In this document: positions 51,241-60,197 of the stretch, in pieces
How positions within the stretch are numbered: position 1 is the first letter of the stretch
How the letters are laid out: the number at the start of each line of letters is the position of its first letter
Program-made: the position numbers and the translations under genes
Source: Gemmatimonadota bacterium
Lineage (GTDB): Bacteria; Gemmatimonadota; Gemmatimonadetes; Gemmatimonadales; GWC2-71-9
Reading direction: 5' to 3'
DNA: 64,000 nt
Assembly (NCBI GenBank): GCA_031400975.1
Contig: JANNQX010000269.1
Span: forward strand, 10,687 to 74,686
The notes under the pieces: model-generated
The model's database searches: none
What the model saw: only the letters and a program-made list of their open reading frames with translations
Told to the model about the DNA's origin: nothing

Positions 51241-53304
51241 TCACTTGTGAAGGCTGGCGAACCATGGAGCCAGCACCAAAGAGACCACGCTCATCAGCTT
51301 GATCAGAATGTTCATCGCGGGGCCGGAGGTATCCTTGAACGGGTCGCCGACGGTATCGCCGACCACGGCCGCTTTGTGAGGGTCGGAACCCTTGCCGCCG
51401 TGGGCCCCTCCTTCGATGTACTTCTTGGCGTTATCCCAGGCCCCGCCTGCGTTGGCCATGAACAGCGCCATCATCACTCCGGTCACCGTCGCTCCCGCCA
51501 GAAGGCCGCCAAGCGCCTTCACGCCGAGCAAGGCGCCCACCACCACGGGAAGCAGCAAGGCCGAGACGCCGGGTACGATCATTTCGCGGAGCGCGGCATT
51601 GGTCGAGATCTCGACGCACCGCGCGCTGTCGGGTTTCACGCCCGGCTTGCCTTCGAGGAGGCCGGGAATTTCCCGGAACTGGCGGCGAACCTCTTCGACC
51701 ATGCCCTGGGCCGCCCGGCCGACTGCGGTCATGGTCGAGGCGCCAATGAAGAACGGCATCACGCCGCCGATGAACAGCCCGATAACCACCATCGGATCGA
51801 GCAGATTGAGTCCGGTGGCATTGAGTCCAACCGCCGATGAATATGCGCTGAACAGGGCGAGCGCGGTGAGGGCCGCCGATCCGATCGCAAAACCTTTCCC
51901 GATGGCCGCGGTGGTGTTGCCGAGGGCGTCGAGCCCGTCGGTGATCTTCCGGACTTCCTTGCCGAGATGGCTCATTTCAGCGATTCCGCCCGCGTTATCG
52001 GAAATCGGTCCGTAGGCGTCGACCGTCATGGTCACCCCAACGGTCGCGAGCATGCCGACCGCCGCGATGGAGATTCCGTAGAGGCCCGCCATCTCATACG
52101 ACAGGTAAATTGCCCCGCAAATCAAGAGCACCGGAAGGATGCACGATTGCATGCCGACGGCGAGCCCGGCGATCAAATTGGTGGCCGGCCCAGTCTTCGA
52201 GGCCTCCGCGATCCGCTCGACCGGCTTGCTCGAGGTGTAGTACTCGGTGACCAATCCGATCAGGATGCCGGACACCGTGCCGGCCACGACCGACCAGAAC
52301 GGCCCATAGACCGGATAGGCCACTCCGGCGTCGCTGGTCATCCCGAGCGGCATCATGCCGGTCAGGACGTAGGCAAAAACGAGGAACAAGCCGGCGGCGA
52401 TGAAGGTCACCAGCCGGAGGGCGTTGGCCGGGTTGCCGGACGCCAGCAGCCGCATCGTCAGGATCCCGATCAAGGACGCCACCAGTCCGGCTCCCGTATA
52501 CGCAACCGGGAGGAGCATGGCCGTCATCCGATTGGTGTCGATAATGAGGGTCGAGGTGGCGGCGAGGGCCACGGTGGCGATGATGGCGCCGACGTAGCTC
52601 TCGAAGATGTCGGCCCCGAGGCCCGCCACGTCGCCCACGTTGTCGCCCACGTTATCGGCAATCGTCGCCGGATTCCGGGGATCGTCCTCGGGAATCCCGG
52701 CTTCGACCTTGCCGACGAGGTCGGCTCCGACATCGGCCGCCTTGGTGAAAATGCCGCCGCCGACTCGGGCAAAGAGGGCAATCGACGACGCCCCCATGGC
52801 GTAGCCCGAAATGATCTGCGAGAACAGATTGGGGTTGGCCGCGGCTTCGGCCGGCCCGAGGAACATGAAGACGATCGCGATCCCAACTAAGCCAAGCGAG
52901 GCGACGGCCAGGCCCATCACGGCGCCGCCGGAGAAGGCAATTCGGAGCGCGGCCTCTTGGCCCGACGCGCGGGCGGCTTCGGCGGTTCGAACGTTGGCCT
53001 TGGTGGCGCCTTGCATCCCAATCCACCCCGCCAGAATCGAGCAGACGCCGCCGAAGACATAGGCGATCGCGGTCTTCGGATCGATAGCCCAAGCCAAGAG
53101 CCCCGCGATCACGAGAATGAAGGGGACGAGAATCCGATACTCAGCCTTGAGAAACGCCATGGCGCCGATATGAATTTGGTCGGCGAGGTCTCGCATGACT
53201 TCGGAGCCGGCCGGTTTTTGCCGGATGCCGGCAAAGGTCAGGAACGTCGCCACTAGGCCAACGAGTCCGATGATCAAAGCATAGAGTGTGAGATTGGACA
53301 TCAT
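51241..53304 (-). CDS. hppA: membrane-bound H+/Na+-translocating pyrophosphatase
   Basis: 687 aa, about 16 TM helices. Signature motifs [43 protein letters not shown] and [15 protein letters not shown]. Confidence 0.96.
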   Translation of the reverse strand: MMSNLTLYALIIGLVGLVATFLTFAGIRQKPAGSEVMRDLADQIHIGAMAFLKAEYRILVPFILVIAGLLAWAIDPKTAIAYVFGGVCSILAGWIGMQGATKANVRTAEAARASGQEAALRIAFSGGAVMGLAVASLGLVGIAIVFMFLGPAEAAANPNLFSQIISGYAMGASSIALFARVGGGIFTKAADVGADLVGKVEAGIPEDDPRNPATIADNVGDNVGDVAGLGADIFESYVGAIIATVALAATSTLIIDTNRMTAMLLPVAYTGAGLVASLIGILTMRLLASGNPANALRLVTFIAAGLFLVFAYVLTGMMPLGMTSDAGVAYPVYGPFWSVVAGTVSGILIGLVTEYYTSSKPVERIAEASKTGPATNLIAGLAVGMQSCILPVLLICGAIYLSYEMAGLYGISIAAVGMLATVGVTMTVDAYGPISDNAGGIAEMSHLGKEVRKITDGLDALGNTTAAIGKGFAIGSAALTALALFSAYSSAVGLNATGLNLLDPMVVIGLFIGGVMPFFIGASTMTAVGRAAQGMVEEVRRQFREIPGLLEGKPGVKPDSARCVEISTNAALREMIVPGVSALLLPVVVGALLGVKALGGLLAGATVTGVMMALFMANAGGAWDNAKKYIEGGAHGGKGSDPHKAAVVGDTVGDPFKDTSGPAMNILIKLMSVVSLVLAPWFASLHK

Positions 53305-53329
53305 GAGCAGTCGCCTGTCGTGGGTGGGG

Positions 53330-53899
53330 TCAGGGCTCTTGGGGCTTCGGGTTCTTATTGTACCGAGTCATGGCGACCTCGATTCCGTCGACGAGCCAGC
53401 ATTCGACGGCATCGGCCATCGGGTCTAGCAGTGCCGCTATAGTGCGGGCCTCTCCGGCTTCGAACCCCCCGAGCACGAAGTCGGCCATGTCATGGTACTC
53501 GGGTGGGAGCGGCCCGACCCCGATCCGGAGCCTGGCGTAGTCTTGGCTTCGGAGCGCTCCCTCGATGCTCTTCAATCCGTTGTGGCCACCGGCCGAGCCT
53601 TTGCTCCGGAGCCGGAATCGACCGACCGGCAGTGCCACTTCATCAACTAGCACGAGCAGGTCGTTGCTCGACTCGAACCCTGGTTTGGCACGGAGCGGCC
53701 CGAGGACGGCGCCGCTCCGGTTCATGAACGTCTGCGGCTTCACCACTTCGCAGGTCCGGCCTCGGGCCGACCCCCGGGCGATGCGAGCCTGCCCATCCCG
53801 GCGAAAAGCTCCGAGGCCCCAGCGGGCCACCAGATGATCGGCCAGCGCGAACCCCGCGTTGTGCCGAGTCCGGTCGTACTCAGGGCCCGGGTTACCCAA
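53330..53899 (-). CDS. pth: peptidyl-tRNA hydrolase
   Basis: [18 protein letters not shown]...NRSG...[29 protein letters not shown]. The track start TTG 53899 removes the usual residues before GLGNPG. The true start may be CTG, ATC or ATT between 53905 and 53917. Confidence 0.9.
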   Translation of the reverse strand: MGNPGPEYDRTRHNAGFALADHLVARWGLGAFRRDGQARIARGSARGRTCEVVKPQTFMNRSGAVLGPLRAKPGFESSNDLLVLVDEVALPVGRFRLRSKGSAGGHNGLKSIEGALRSQDYARLRIGVGPLPPEYHDMADFVLGGFEAGEARTIAALLDPMADAVECWLVDGIEVAMTRYNKNPKPQEP

Positions 53900-53920
53900 C
53901 CCAATGATGGTCCGCAGGGA

Positions 53921-54595
53921 CTAGTCCTTCTTGGCGCCCTCTTCCTCATCGGAGGCTTTAGGCTTGCGAATGAGTTCCGGTTCCGACGAGGGCGTCCCGT
54001 CGGCTGCCGCGGCGGTCGGCTTGGCCTCTTCGGCCTTCGGCGCGACGACGAGGCAGAGGGTGACGGCCCCCTCGGTCATGATCTCGAACTTGCCGGCCAC
54101 CAAATCGCTGACGTGCTTGGAGCCGCCGAGGGCGAGGTTGGTGACGTCCACCTCGACGAACTCCGGGATGTCGCCCGGGAGCACTTTGATCTCGATTTGG
54201 TGGAGCGCCGCTTCGAAGATCCCACCGCTGTTCCGGACGCCTTCGGCGGTGCCGACGAACTTGAGCGGCACCTCGACGGCGATCGTTTCATTGGCGTGGA
54301 CCTCGTAGAGGTCGACATGGAGGATGTCGCTGGGGCGGACCGGGTTGCGCTGGATTTCGCGGATCAAGGCCTTGATTGGCGGGCGATCCGCGACGGTCAC
54401 GTCGAGGAGCGTGTTGCCGGCCCGGACCTTGGTCAGGAGGCGTTCAAGGGCCACCGCGTCGAGTTCGAGCGACTCGGGGACCCGGCCGCGACCGTAGACG
54501 ATCGCCGGGATTTTGCCGCTGCGTCGGAGGGAGCGGGCGGCACCTTTGCCGGCCACGCTACGAGTGTTCGCGCTGAGAATTGCTGCCTTTGCCAT
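53921..54595 (-). CDS. rplY: 50S ribosomal protein L25 / general stress protein Ctc
   Basis: GKGAARSLRRSGKIPAIVYGRG...LIREIQRNPVRPSDILHVDLYEV, plus a long acidic/Lys-rich C-terminal tail. Confidence 0.93.
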   Translation of the reverse strand: MAKAAILSANTRSVAGKGAARSLRRSGKIPAIVYGRGRVPESLELDAVALERLLTKVRAGNTLLDVTVADRPPIKALIREIQRNPVRPSDILHVDLYEVHANETIAVEVPLKFVGTAEGVRNSGGIFEAALHQIEIKVLPGDIPEFVEVDVTNLALGGSKHVSDLVAGKFEIMTEGAVTLCLVVAPKAEEAKPTAAAADGTPSSEPELIRKPKASDEEEGAKKD

Positions 54596-54614
54596 ATGCC
54601 TCGTCCTTCCAGGA

Positions 54615-55574
54615 TCAATCGAACAGCGAGCTCACGGATTGGTCGCTGTGGGTATAGCCAACCGCCTTGGCCAGAAGGCCGGCGATCGAGAGAACTTTGA
54701 GCTTGTCGAAATGCTTCGCCGGGGGGATCGCGATCGAATTGGTGACCGCAATCTCCTTGACCGGGGAATTCATGAACCGTTCAACCGCCGGGCCACTGAG
54801 CAGGGCGTGCGTCGCGCAGACATAGATGTCACGCGCGCCCAGCCGCTTCAGGGCCACGATAGCCTCGGTCATCGTCCCGCCGGTGTCAATCATGTCGTCG
54901 GGAATCAACACGTCTTTCCCGTCGACATCGCCGATCACGTTGACCACCTCGGCCACATTGGCCGCGGTGCGTCGCTTGTCGATGATCGCGAAGGTTGCGT
55001 TCAAACGCTTAGCAAACCCCCGGGCCATCTTTGCCCCACCGGCGTCGGACGCAACGACGACCAAGTCCTTCAGGTCCTTTTGTCGAAAGTGGTTCACGAA
55101 CACCGGCGCGGCGTACAAGTGATCGACCGGCAAGTCGAAAAACCCCTGCATCTGGTGCTGGTGAAAATCGATGGCCAGGACCCGGTCGGCCCCTGCGGTC
55201 GACACCATGTTCGCCATCAGTTTCGCGCTGATCGCGACCCGCGGCTGGTCCTTGCGGTCCTGGCGGGCGTATCCGAAGTAGGGAATCACCGCCGTAATGC
55301 GGGCGGCACTGGCCCGGCGCGCGGCGTCCATCAACAACAGCAACTCCAATAAATTGTCGCCGGGGGGGTTGGTCGGCTGGATGATGTAGACATCCCGGCC
55401 TCGGACGTTTTCGTCGATCTTGACGAAAATTTCCCCGTCAGCGAACCGCCGAATCGTTGCCTTGCAAAGTGGTTGGTCCAATTCCCCTGCCACTTCTTCA
55501 GCAAGCGCCCGGTTGGCGGTTCCTGAAAGCAGCATCATTGGGCTTAAGACCAGGGATTGATTCGGCAGAGCCAT
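54615..55574 (-). CDS. prs: ribose-phosphate pyrophosphokinase
   Basis: RFADGEIFVKIDENVRGRDVYIIQ, YFGYARQDRK, DFHQHQMQGFF, and the PRPP loop LIPDDMIDTGGT. Confidence 0.96.
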   Translation of the reverse strand: MALPNQSLVLSPMMLLSGTANRALAEEVAGELDQPLCKATIRRFADGEIFVKIDENVRGRDVYIIQPTNPPGDNLLELLLLMDAARRASAARITAVIPYFGYARQDRKDQPRVAISAKLMANMVSTAGADRVLAIDFHQHQMQGFFDLPVDHLYAAPVFVNHFRQKDLKDLVVVASDAGGAKMARGFAKRLNATFAIIDKRRTAANVAEVVNVIGDVDGKDVLIPDDMIDTGGTMTEAIVALKRLGARDIYVCATHALLSGPAVERFMNSPVKEIAVTNSIAIPPAKHFDKLKVLSIAGLLAKAVGYTHSDQSVSSLFD

Positions 55575-55630
55575 AGCCCCTAAGTATAGTCCACGACTGC
55601 AGTTGGGGCAACGGCGGAGGGATCGATCGA

Positions 55631-55701
55631 TTGGCCCCGGTGGATTCGAACCACCATTCTCAGAGTCAAAGTCTGATGTCCTGCCATTGGACGAGGGGCC
55701 A
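55631..55701 (-). tRNA. tRNA-Gln (anticodon UUG)
   Basis: Cloverleaf folded by hand on the minus strand. Acceptor TGGCCCC/GGGGCCA, D-arm GTCC-AATGGCA-GGAC, anticodon arm TCAGA-CTTTGAC-TCTGA (U33, UUG, A37), variable GAAT, T-arm GGTGG-TTCGAAT-CCACC, discriminator A. CCA is not encoded. U1-A72 is typical of bacterial tRNA-Gln. Confidence 0.9.
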
Positions 55702-55786
55702 GCAACAAGCCGTTAATCTCAACCGGCCCAAGCAGTTAGTCAAAGGGGAGTTCGCCGGGCGGCGGCCGCCAAGCTAGAATAAGGCA

Positions 55787-56710
55787 ATGAAGATCTCCAT
55801 CAAAGCATTCTTGCTCAGTGGGTGGCTCACGCTCGGAGCTGCGGTTGCCCCGGCTTTGGGTCAGCATGCGCTGGTGCTCCAGAGCGATTTTGGACTCGCC
55901 GAAGGCAGCGTTGCCGAGATGAAAGGGGTGGCGTTCGCCGTCGACCGGAACCTCAGGATCTTCGACCTGACTCACCTGATTCCCCCCTTCGATATCTGGG
56001 AGGCCGCGGTCCGACTCCAGCAGGTGGCGCCGTTCTGGCCGTCCGGTACGGTGTTCGTCTCGATCGTTGATCCCGGCGTCGGCACCGCCCGCCGCTCCGT
56101 GGTCGTTCGAAGCAAGACCGGGCATCTGTTCGTCGGCCCGGATAACGGCAGCTTCACCTTCGTCGCCGAACGCCTCGGGGTCGAGTCGGTCCGCGAAATC
56201 GATGAAACGGTGAACCGGTTGGCCGGCTCGGAGCGGTCGCACACCTTCCACGGACGAGACATCTTCGCGTACACCGGGGCCCGTCTGGCCGCAGGGGCGC
56301 TCGATTTCGAACAGGTCGGGCCGGTGGTCCAGGCCCCCGTGGTGAGGTTGGCCCACGTTTCGCCGGCGGCCGACGGCCCCGTGGTTCGGGGGGCGATCTT
56401 GGCCCTCGATAAGCCGTTTGGGAACGTCTGGACCAATATTCGGGTCGGCGTGTTAGACAGTGCCGGGTTCAAATTGGGCGACACGCTGAATGTGACGATC
56501 CGGACCCGCGGGGCGATCAAGTTCCAGGGTCGGCTTCCCTTCGTGAAGAGCTTTGGAGCCGTGGGGAAGGACCGCGGGTTGGCGTACATCGACAGTTTGC
56601 TCGACTTGGCCTTTGCCCTCAACCAAGCGAGTTTCGCGGCCCGCTATCAGATCGGACGAGGGCCCGATTGGCAGGTTGAGATCTCGTTAGGCCCGGCCAC
56701 CCGACGTTAG
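55787..56710 (+). CDS. SAM hydroxide adenosyltransferase / SAM hydrolase family (DUF62) protein with N-terminal signal-like peptide
   Basis: LVLQSDFGLAEGSVAEMKGVA...IFDLTHLIPPFDIWEAA...FVSIVDPGVGTARR...FVGPDNG...FHGRDIFAY are DUF62 motifs. N-terminus MKISIKAFLLSGWLTLGAAVAPALGQ. Confidence 0.8.
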   Translation: MKISIKAFLLSGWLTLGAAVAPALGQHALVLQSDFGLAEGSVAEMKGVAFAVDRNLRIFDLTHLIPPFDIWEAAVRLQQVAPFWPSGTVFVSIVDPGVGTARRSVVVRSKTGHLFVGPDNGSFTFVAERLGVESVREIDETVNRLAGSERSHTFHGRDIFAYTGARLAAGALDFEQVGPVVQAPVVRLAHVSPAADGPVVRGAILALDKPFGNVWTNIRVGVLDSAGFKLGDTLNVTIRTRGAIKFQGRLPFVKSFGAVGKDRGLAYIDSLLDLAFALNQASFAARYQIGRGPDWQVEISLGPATRR

Positions 56711-57573
56711 GCGGTCTCCGTCGGGAGGGCGAGCCCATGCTTCTTCCCGAGCATCATTTTGGCGTCGTCCCGGTCCCGGGCGTTTCGGTAGAGCCCGAAC
56801 ACCGTTGACCCCGATCCGGTCATCCGGCAGAGGAGCGGCTGGGTCCGGGCCACGGCCTCAAACGCATCCCGGACCACAGGGTGCCGCCCAAACACCGCCG
56901 ATTCAAAATCGTTGCCGGCCATTCGAGCGATGTCACTCCACTTGCTGAGGCTGTCGAGGTCGAGCGCCAAGGCGCCTCGCGGGGCCGCGCCTTGGCGGGC
57001 TCGGTCGACCCAGCCGTACGCGTCGGCGGTGCTTATCGCTACCGGCGGCACCAGGAGGAGGACCGGCGCCGGCGGGAGAGGCGGCAACCGCAACAGTCGC
57101 TCACCGTGACCCCAGCCGAGCGCCAAGGCCGCCCCGGAGAGAAGATACGGGACGTCGGCTCCGAGTCGGCTGGCGAAATGGAACAGCTCTGCTCGGGGAA
57201 TCGCGTGGCCGGCGAGTTGATTGGATAGCTCCAGCACGGCGGCCGCATCGGACGAACCGCCACCGAGCCCGGCGGCGACCGGGATTCGCTTCCGGAGCGA
57301 AATCCGAAGTCCAAACCGACGCCCGGTGGCGTCGATCACGGCTTCGGCAGCCCTGACCGCCAGGTTCTTCTCCGGAGGCCCAAGGTCCGGTCCGTCCACC
57401 GTCAGCTGAACGCCGGTCGATGGCTCGGTCATCATGACCGAGATTTCATCGCTCAATCCAATCCGACAGAACAGGGTCTCGATCCCGTGGTACCCGGATT
57501 GTTCGTGGGCCAAGACTCGGAGGAACAAGTTGAGCTTCGCGGGGGCGCTGGCGGTCAGTTCGGTTGGGTTCAT
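56707..57573 (-). CDS. ispE: 4-(cytidine 5'-diphospho)-2-C-methyl-D-erythritol kinase
   Basis: APAKLNLFLRVL...GYHGIETLF and the GHMP motif IPVAAGLGGGSSDAAA. Confidence 0.93.
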   Translation of the reverse strand: MNPTELTASAPAKLNLFLRVLAHEQSGYHGIETLFCRIGLSDEISVMMTEPSTGVQLTVDGPDLGPPEKNLAVRAAEAVIDATGRRFGLRISLRKRIPVAAGLGGGSSDAAAVLELSNQLAGHAIPRAELFHFASRLGADVPYLLSGAALALGWGHGERLLRLPPLPPAPVLLLVPPVAISTADAYGWVDRARQGAAPRGALALDLDSLSKWSDIARMAGNDFESAVFGRHPVVRDAFEAVARTQPLLCRMTGSGSTVFGLYRNARDRDDAKMMLGKKHGLALPTETA

Positions 57574-58580
57574 TGGGTTGCGCCGGCCCCCAGTCCAGGG
57601 GCCCGGATCGTGATCGGAGTCCGCGACAGCGACCAGAGGCCGAGGAGGGTGATCGGAACGAACGTAGAGAGGTGGTAGGTCAGCCCATACGCCACGGCGG
57701 TGTTGGCGTCCACCCCGAAGACGATCAGGACGGCCTTGATCGCGGTTTCGAAGACGCCGAAGTATCCGGGCGTCGACGGCACCGCAATCAGCACCACGAG
57801 GAGGCTCTGCATCAACAGGGCTCCGCCGAAACCGACGGTAATGCCAAAGGCCTGGAACGCGAGATAAAATGACAAGGCATTAACGACCCAATGAATGATC
57901 GACCAGCCCGCCGCGCTGAGGGCCCGCGACGGTGAGGTCAGGGCGCTCAGTCCGGCCCGGACCCCATCAATCAGCTGGCAAAGCCGCTCAGCCACAGCGG
58001 CCGATGGCACCACCGACCGGACCATTCGCTTCGCCACCTCAGGAACGATCAGAGCAATCGCGCAGAGAACAAGGAGGACGGCCGGCGCGATCGCCAGGCG
58101 GGCGGCCAGGGTCCGAACGTCGAGGCCGTTGATGGTTGCGGTGGCCGGAATGCCCGCCGTCAGGAGACCGACGAACAGAAGCGCGATGATCGTCATCCCG
58201 TCGAAGAGCCGCTCGGCGACGAGCGACGATAGCGCCCGGGCAATCCCCGGCGTCGCCAACCGGCTGATGGCAACGGCCCGCAGGACCTCGCCCGCCCGAA
58301 ACGGGATCAGGTTGTTGGCCATGAATCCGATCGCAATCGCATGCCACAAGGGACCGGGCGGGATCGTCGTGCCGTCGTCGTTGTGGAGGAGAATTCTCCA
58401 GCGGGGCACTCGAATGACGAAGCTGGAGGTGGCCAGTATGACGGCACCGGCGAGATAACCCCAGTGGGCCTGGCGGGCGCTTCGCCAGATCTCGGGGAAC
58501 GAAACGTCTTTCAAGACCCAGGCAAGCAGAGCGATGGTCACGATCGCCCCGATGGCGCCGGCGATCGCCTTAGTCCTCAA
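57570..58580 (-). CDS. UPF0104/LPG-synthase-TM-type (flippase-like) membrane protein
   Basis: 336 aa, about 8 TM helices. Pattern AFMANNLIPFRAGEVLRAV...PSTPGYFGVFE is typical of the TIGR00374 family. The TTG start is uncertain. Confidence 0.7.
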   Translation of the reverse strand: MRTKAIAGAIGAIVTIALLAWVLKDVSFPEIWRSARQAHWGYLAGAVILATSSFVIRVPRWRILLHNDDGTTIPPGPLWHAIAIGFMANNLIPFRAGEVLRAVAISRLATPGIARALSSLVAERLFDGMTIIALLFVGLLTAGIPATATINGLDVRTLAARLAIAPAVLLVLCAIALIVPEVAKRMVRSVVPSAAVAERLCQLIDGVRAGLSALTSPSRALSAAGWSIIHWVVNALSFYLAFQAFGITVGFGGALLMQSLLVVLIAVPSTPGYFGVFETAIKAVLIVFGVDANTAVAYGLTYHLSTFVPITLLGLWSLSRTPITIRAPGLGAGATQ

Positions 58581-60186
58581 GGGCGAGGGGGACGAGGTCG
58601 ATCAACTCGCTGACCAGCGGTTCGATTTCGGTGAAGGGGAGGCCGCGTTTGAGGGCCCCGCTCAGTTCGCGGCGGACATCATTGGCTCGGAGAAGCGCGG
58701 CCCGTCCCCGGTAGAGCAAGGTGCTGATCGGAACGGCGGACTCGGGGCTCGGCCCTCGGGGCTCGGGGCTCGGCACTCGGGGCTCGGCGCTCGGCTTGGT
58801 TTGGAGCCGGTGGTAGGTCGAGAGGCTCTGCTGGAACAGGGTCGGGCCTGGCTGGGCTACCGGGTGATCGGGGGCCAGCGATTCGATGGGGACGATCTCG
58901 GCACTCGGCCCTTCTAGCTCGACGTTTGGCTCGGGCTGGGCGGCGAGAGACTGGAGGGCCCGGACGACTGGGGCGAGTTCGGTGCCGAGGAATACGGCGT
59001 TTCGGGTTTCGGCGGCTTCGGTGAGCCGTTCGGCGGCTTGCTTCAGAGCAGCGCCGAACGAGCCGGGCTGGCGAATGGCGTGGCCGCCCCCAATGGCTTG
59101 TCCGACGGCCTCGAGCAGGCCGGCGAGATGAGGCCGTTCCCGATGGGCCTCTCTCGTGAGCGGTCGTAGCTGGACGAGAAGACCGTAGAGCGTCAGCGTT
59201 CGACCGGCTCGGCCGGAGGGTGCGCCCATCTGGTCGGCGGCTTGTCGGAACCGGTCGGCTAGGCTGACGATTTCAATGACGGCGTCGGTGGCGTCTCTTT
59301 CCCGCACCTCGCCCTGAAAGACAATCGGGGATCGATCGCCGTCCCGGTACAAGCTGGTGATGTCGACGATGTCGTCGTCCCGCCCGAAGGCCTCGAGGAG
59401 GCTCACCGCGCCCAGGACGATTTCCGGGGTGTCTCCGCTGGCCTGGCCTTGGTCGGCGATGTCGCGGACCAGCCGCTGGACCGCGGCGGCCGCCCGGCGG
59501 AGGGCCGTCGGACCGTCCGCGGGTACCGCCGACTGCCGGACCGACCGAATGGTGAGTTCGATCGCGTCGAGGAACTCGGGTAGTGGCGAGAGACGGGGTA
59601 AAGCCGCCAGCCCGCGGAGGGATTGAAGGCGGGGGAGGATGCCGCCGGCGGCAGCGTCGAGTTGGCCCAGCGCGAGGGCCTCGGCGGCCTCCTCCAAAGT
59701 GGCGGCAATAGCCGCCCCCTCTCGGGCGACGAAGGCCCGGACGCTGGGCTTGAGGTCATCGCCGGGTCCGGCCGCGTCGACCGGTTGGGCGGATGCCTCG
59801 CCGATGGAATTGGCGAGGTCGCGGCCGAGCCGATCGGCCGCGACGGAGTCCGTCTCGGTCCAATCGGCGGCCCGGCGGGTCAACCGCTGGAACTCCTCAA
59901 CCGCTCCGGCAACCACCTCGGCCCGTCCGACCGACCAGGTGCCGGGGTCGTCACGATGGGCCTTGGCTACCCGCTCCAAACCGGCCGCCGCCCGGGCGTA
60001 TCCGGCGAGGCCCGCCATCAGCGCGGTCCCGCGCAGGGCCCGCGTCAGCCGGACAAACTCCGCGCCGTCGGGGCGATCGGGTTGGTTGGCGAGGCGAGCC
60101 AGTCGCTCGAGGTAATCGGAGGCTTCGAGGGCGAAAAATTGCAGCCGGCCGGACGGCACAGTCATGTCTGAAGAGTAGGCCGCCAC
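58570..60186 (-). CDS. hypothetical protein with HPt-like N-terminal helical segment lacking the phospho-His; contains heptamer-repeat-encoded PSxEPRx tract
   Basis: 538-aa ORF with normal composition, tightly packed between pdxJ and the UPF0104 gene. The N-terminus FFALEASDYLERL...FVRLTRALRGTALMAGLAGYARAAAGLE resembles HPt (..aHTLKGSA..G). No family recognised for the rest. Confidence 0.6.
   Translation of the reverse strand: MAAYSSDMTVPSGRLQFFALEASDYLERLARLANQPDRPDGAEFVRLTRALRGTALMAGLAGYARAAAGLERVAKAHRDDPGTWSVGRAEVVAGAVEEFQRLTRRAADWTETDSVAADRLGRDLANSIGEASAQPVDAAGPGDDLKPSVRAFVAREGAAIAATLEEAAEALALGQLDAAAGGILPRLQSLRGLAALPRLSPLPEFLDAIELTIRSVRQSAVPADGPTALRRAAAAVQRLVRDIADQGQASGDTPEIVLGAVSLLEAFGRDDDIVDITSLYRDGDRSPIVFQGEVRERDATDAVIEIVSLADRFRQAADQMGAPSGRAGRTLTLYGLLVQLRPLTREAHRERPHLAGLLEAVGQAIGGGHAIRQPGSFGAALKQAAERLTEAAETRNAVFLGTELAPVVRALQSLAAQPEPNVELEGPSAEIVPIESLAPDHPVAQPGPTLFQQSLSTYHRLQTKPSAEPRVPSPEPRGPSPESAVPISTLLYRGRAALLRANDVRRELSGALKRGLPFTEIEPLVSELIDLVPLALED
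58739..58794 (-). repeat. heptanucleotide tandem repeat (CCGAGNN)x8 inside a CDS
   Basis: The plus strand reads GACTCGG GGCTCGG CCCTCGG GGCTCGG GGCTCGG CACTCGG GGCTCGG CGCTCGG, which is CCGAGNN on the coding strand. It is translated as PSAEPRV PSPEPRG PSPES. This is the same unit family as 8973-9042, in inverted orientation. Confidence 0.9.
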
Positions 60187-60197
60187 GCCGGGTCAGG

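Noticed and set aside
55631-55701. tRNA-Gln as an integration hotspot for a genomic island.
   Set aside because: There is no integrase and no direct repeat of the tRNA 3' end. The flanking genes (prs, ispE) are the usual conserved neighbours, and only the DUF62 gene is extra.
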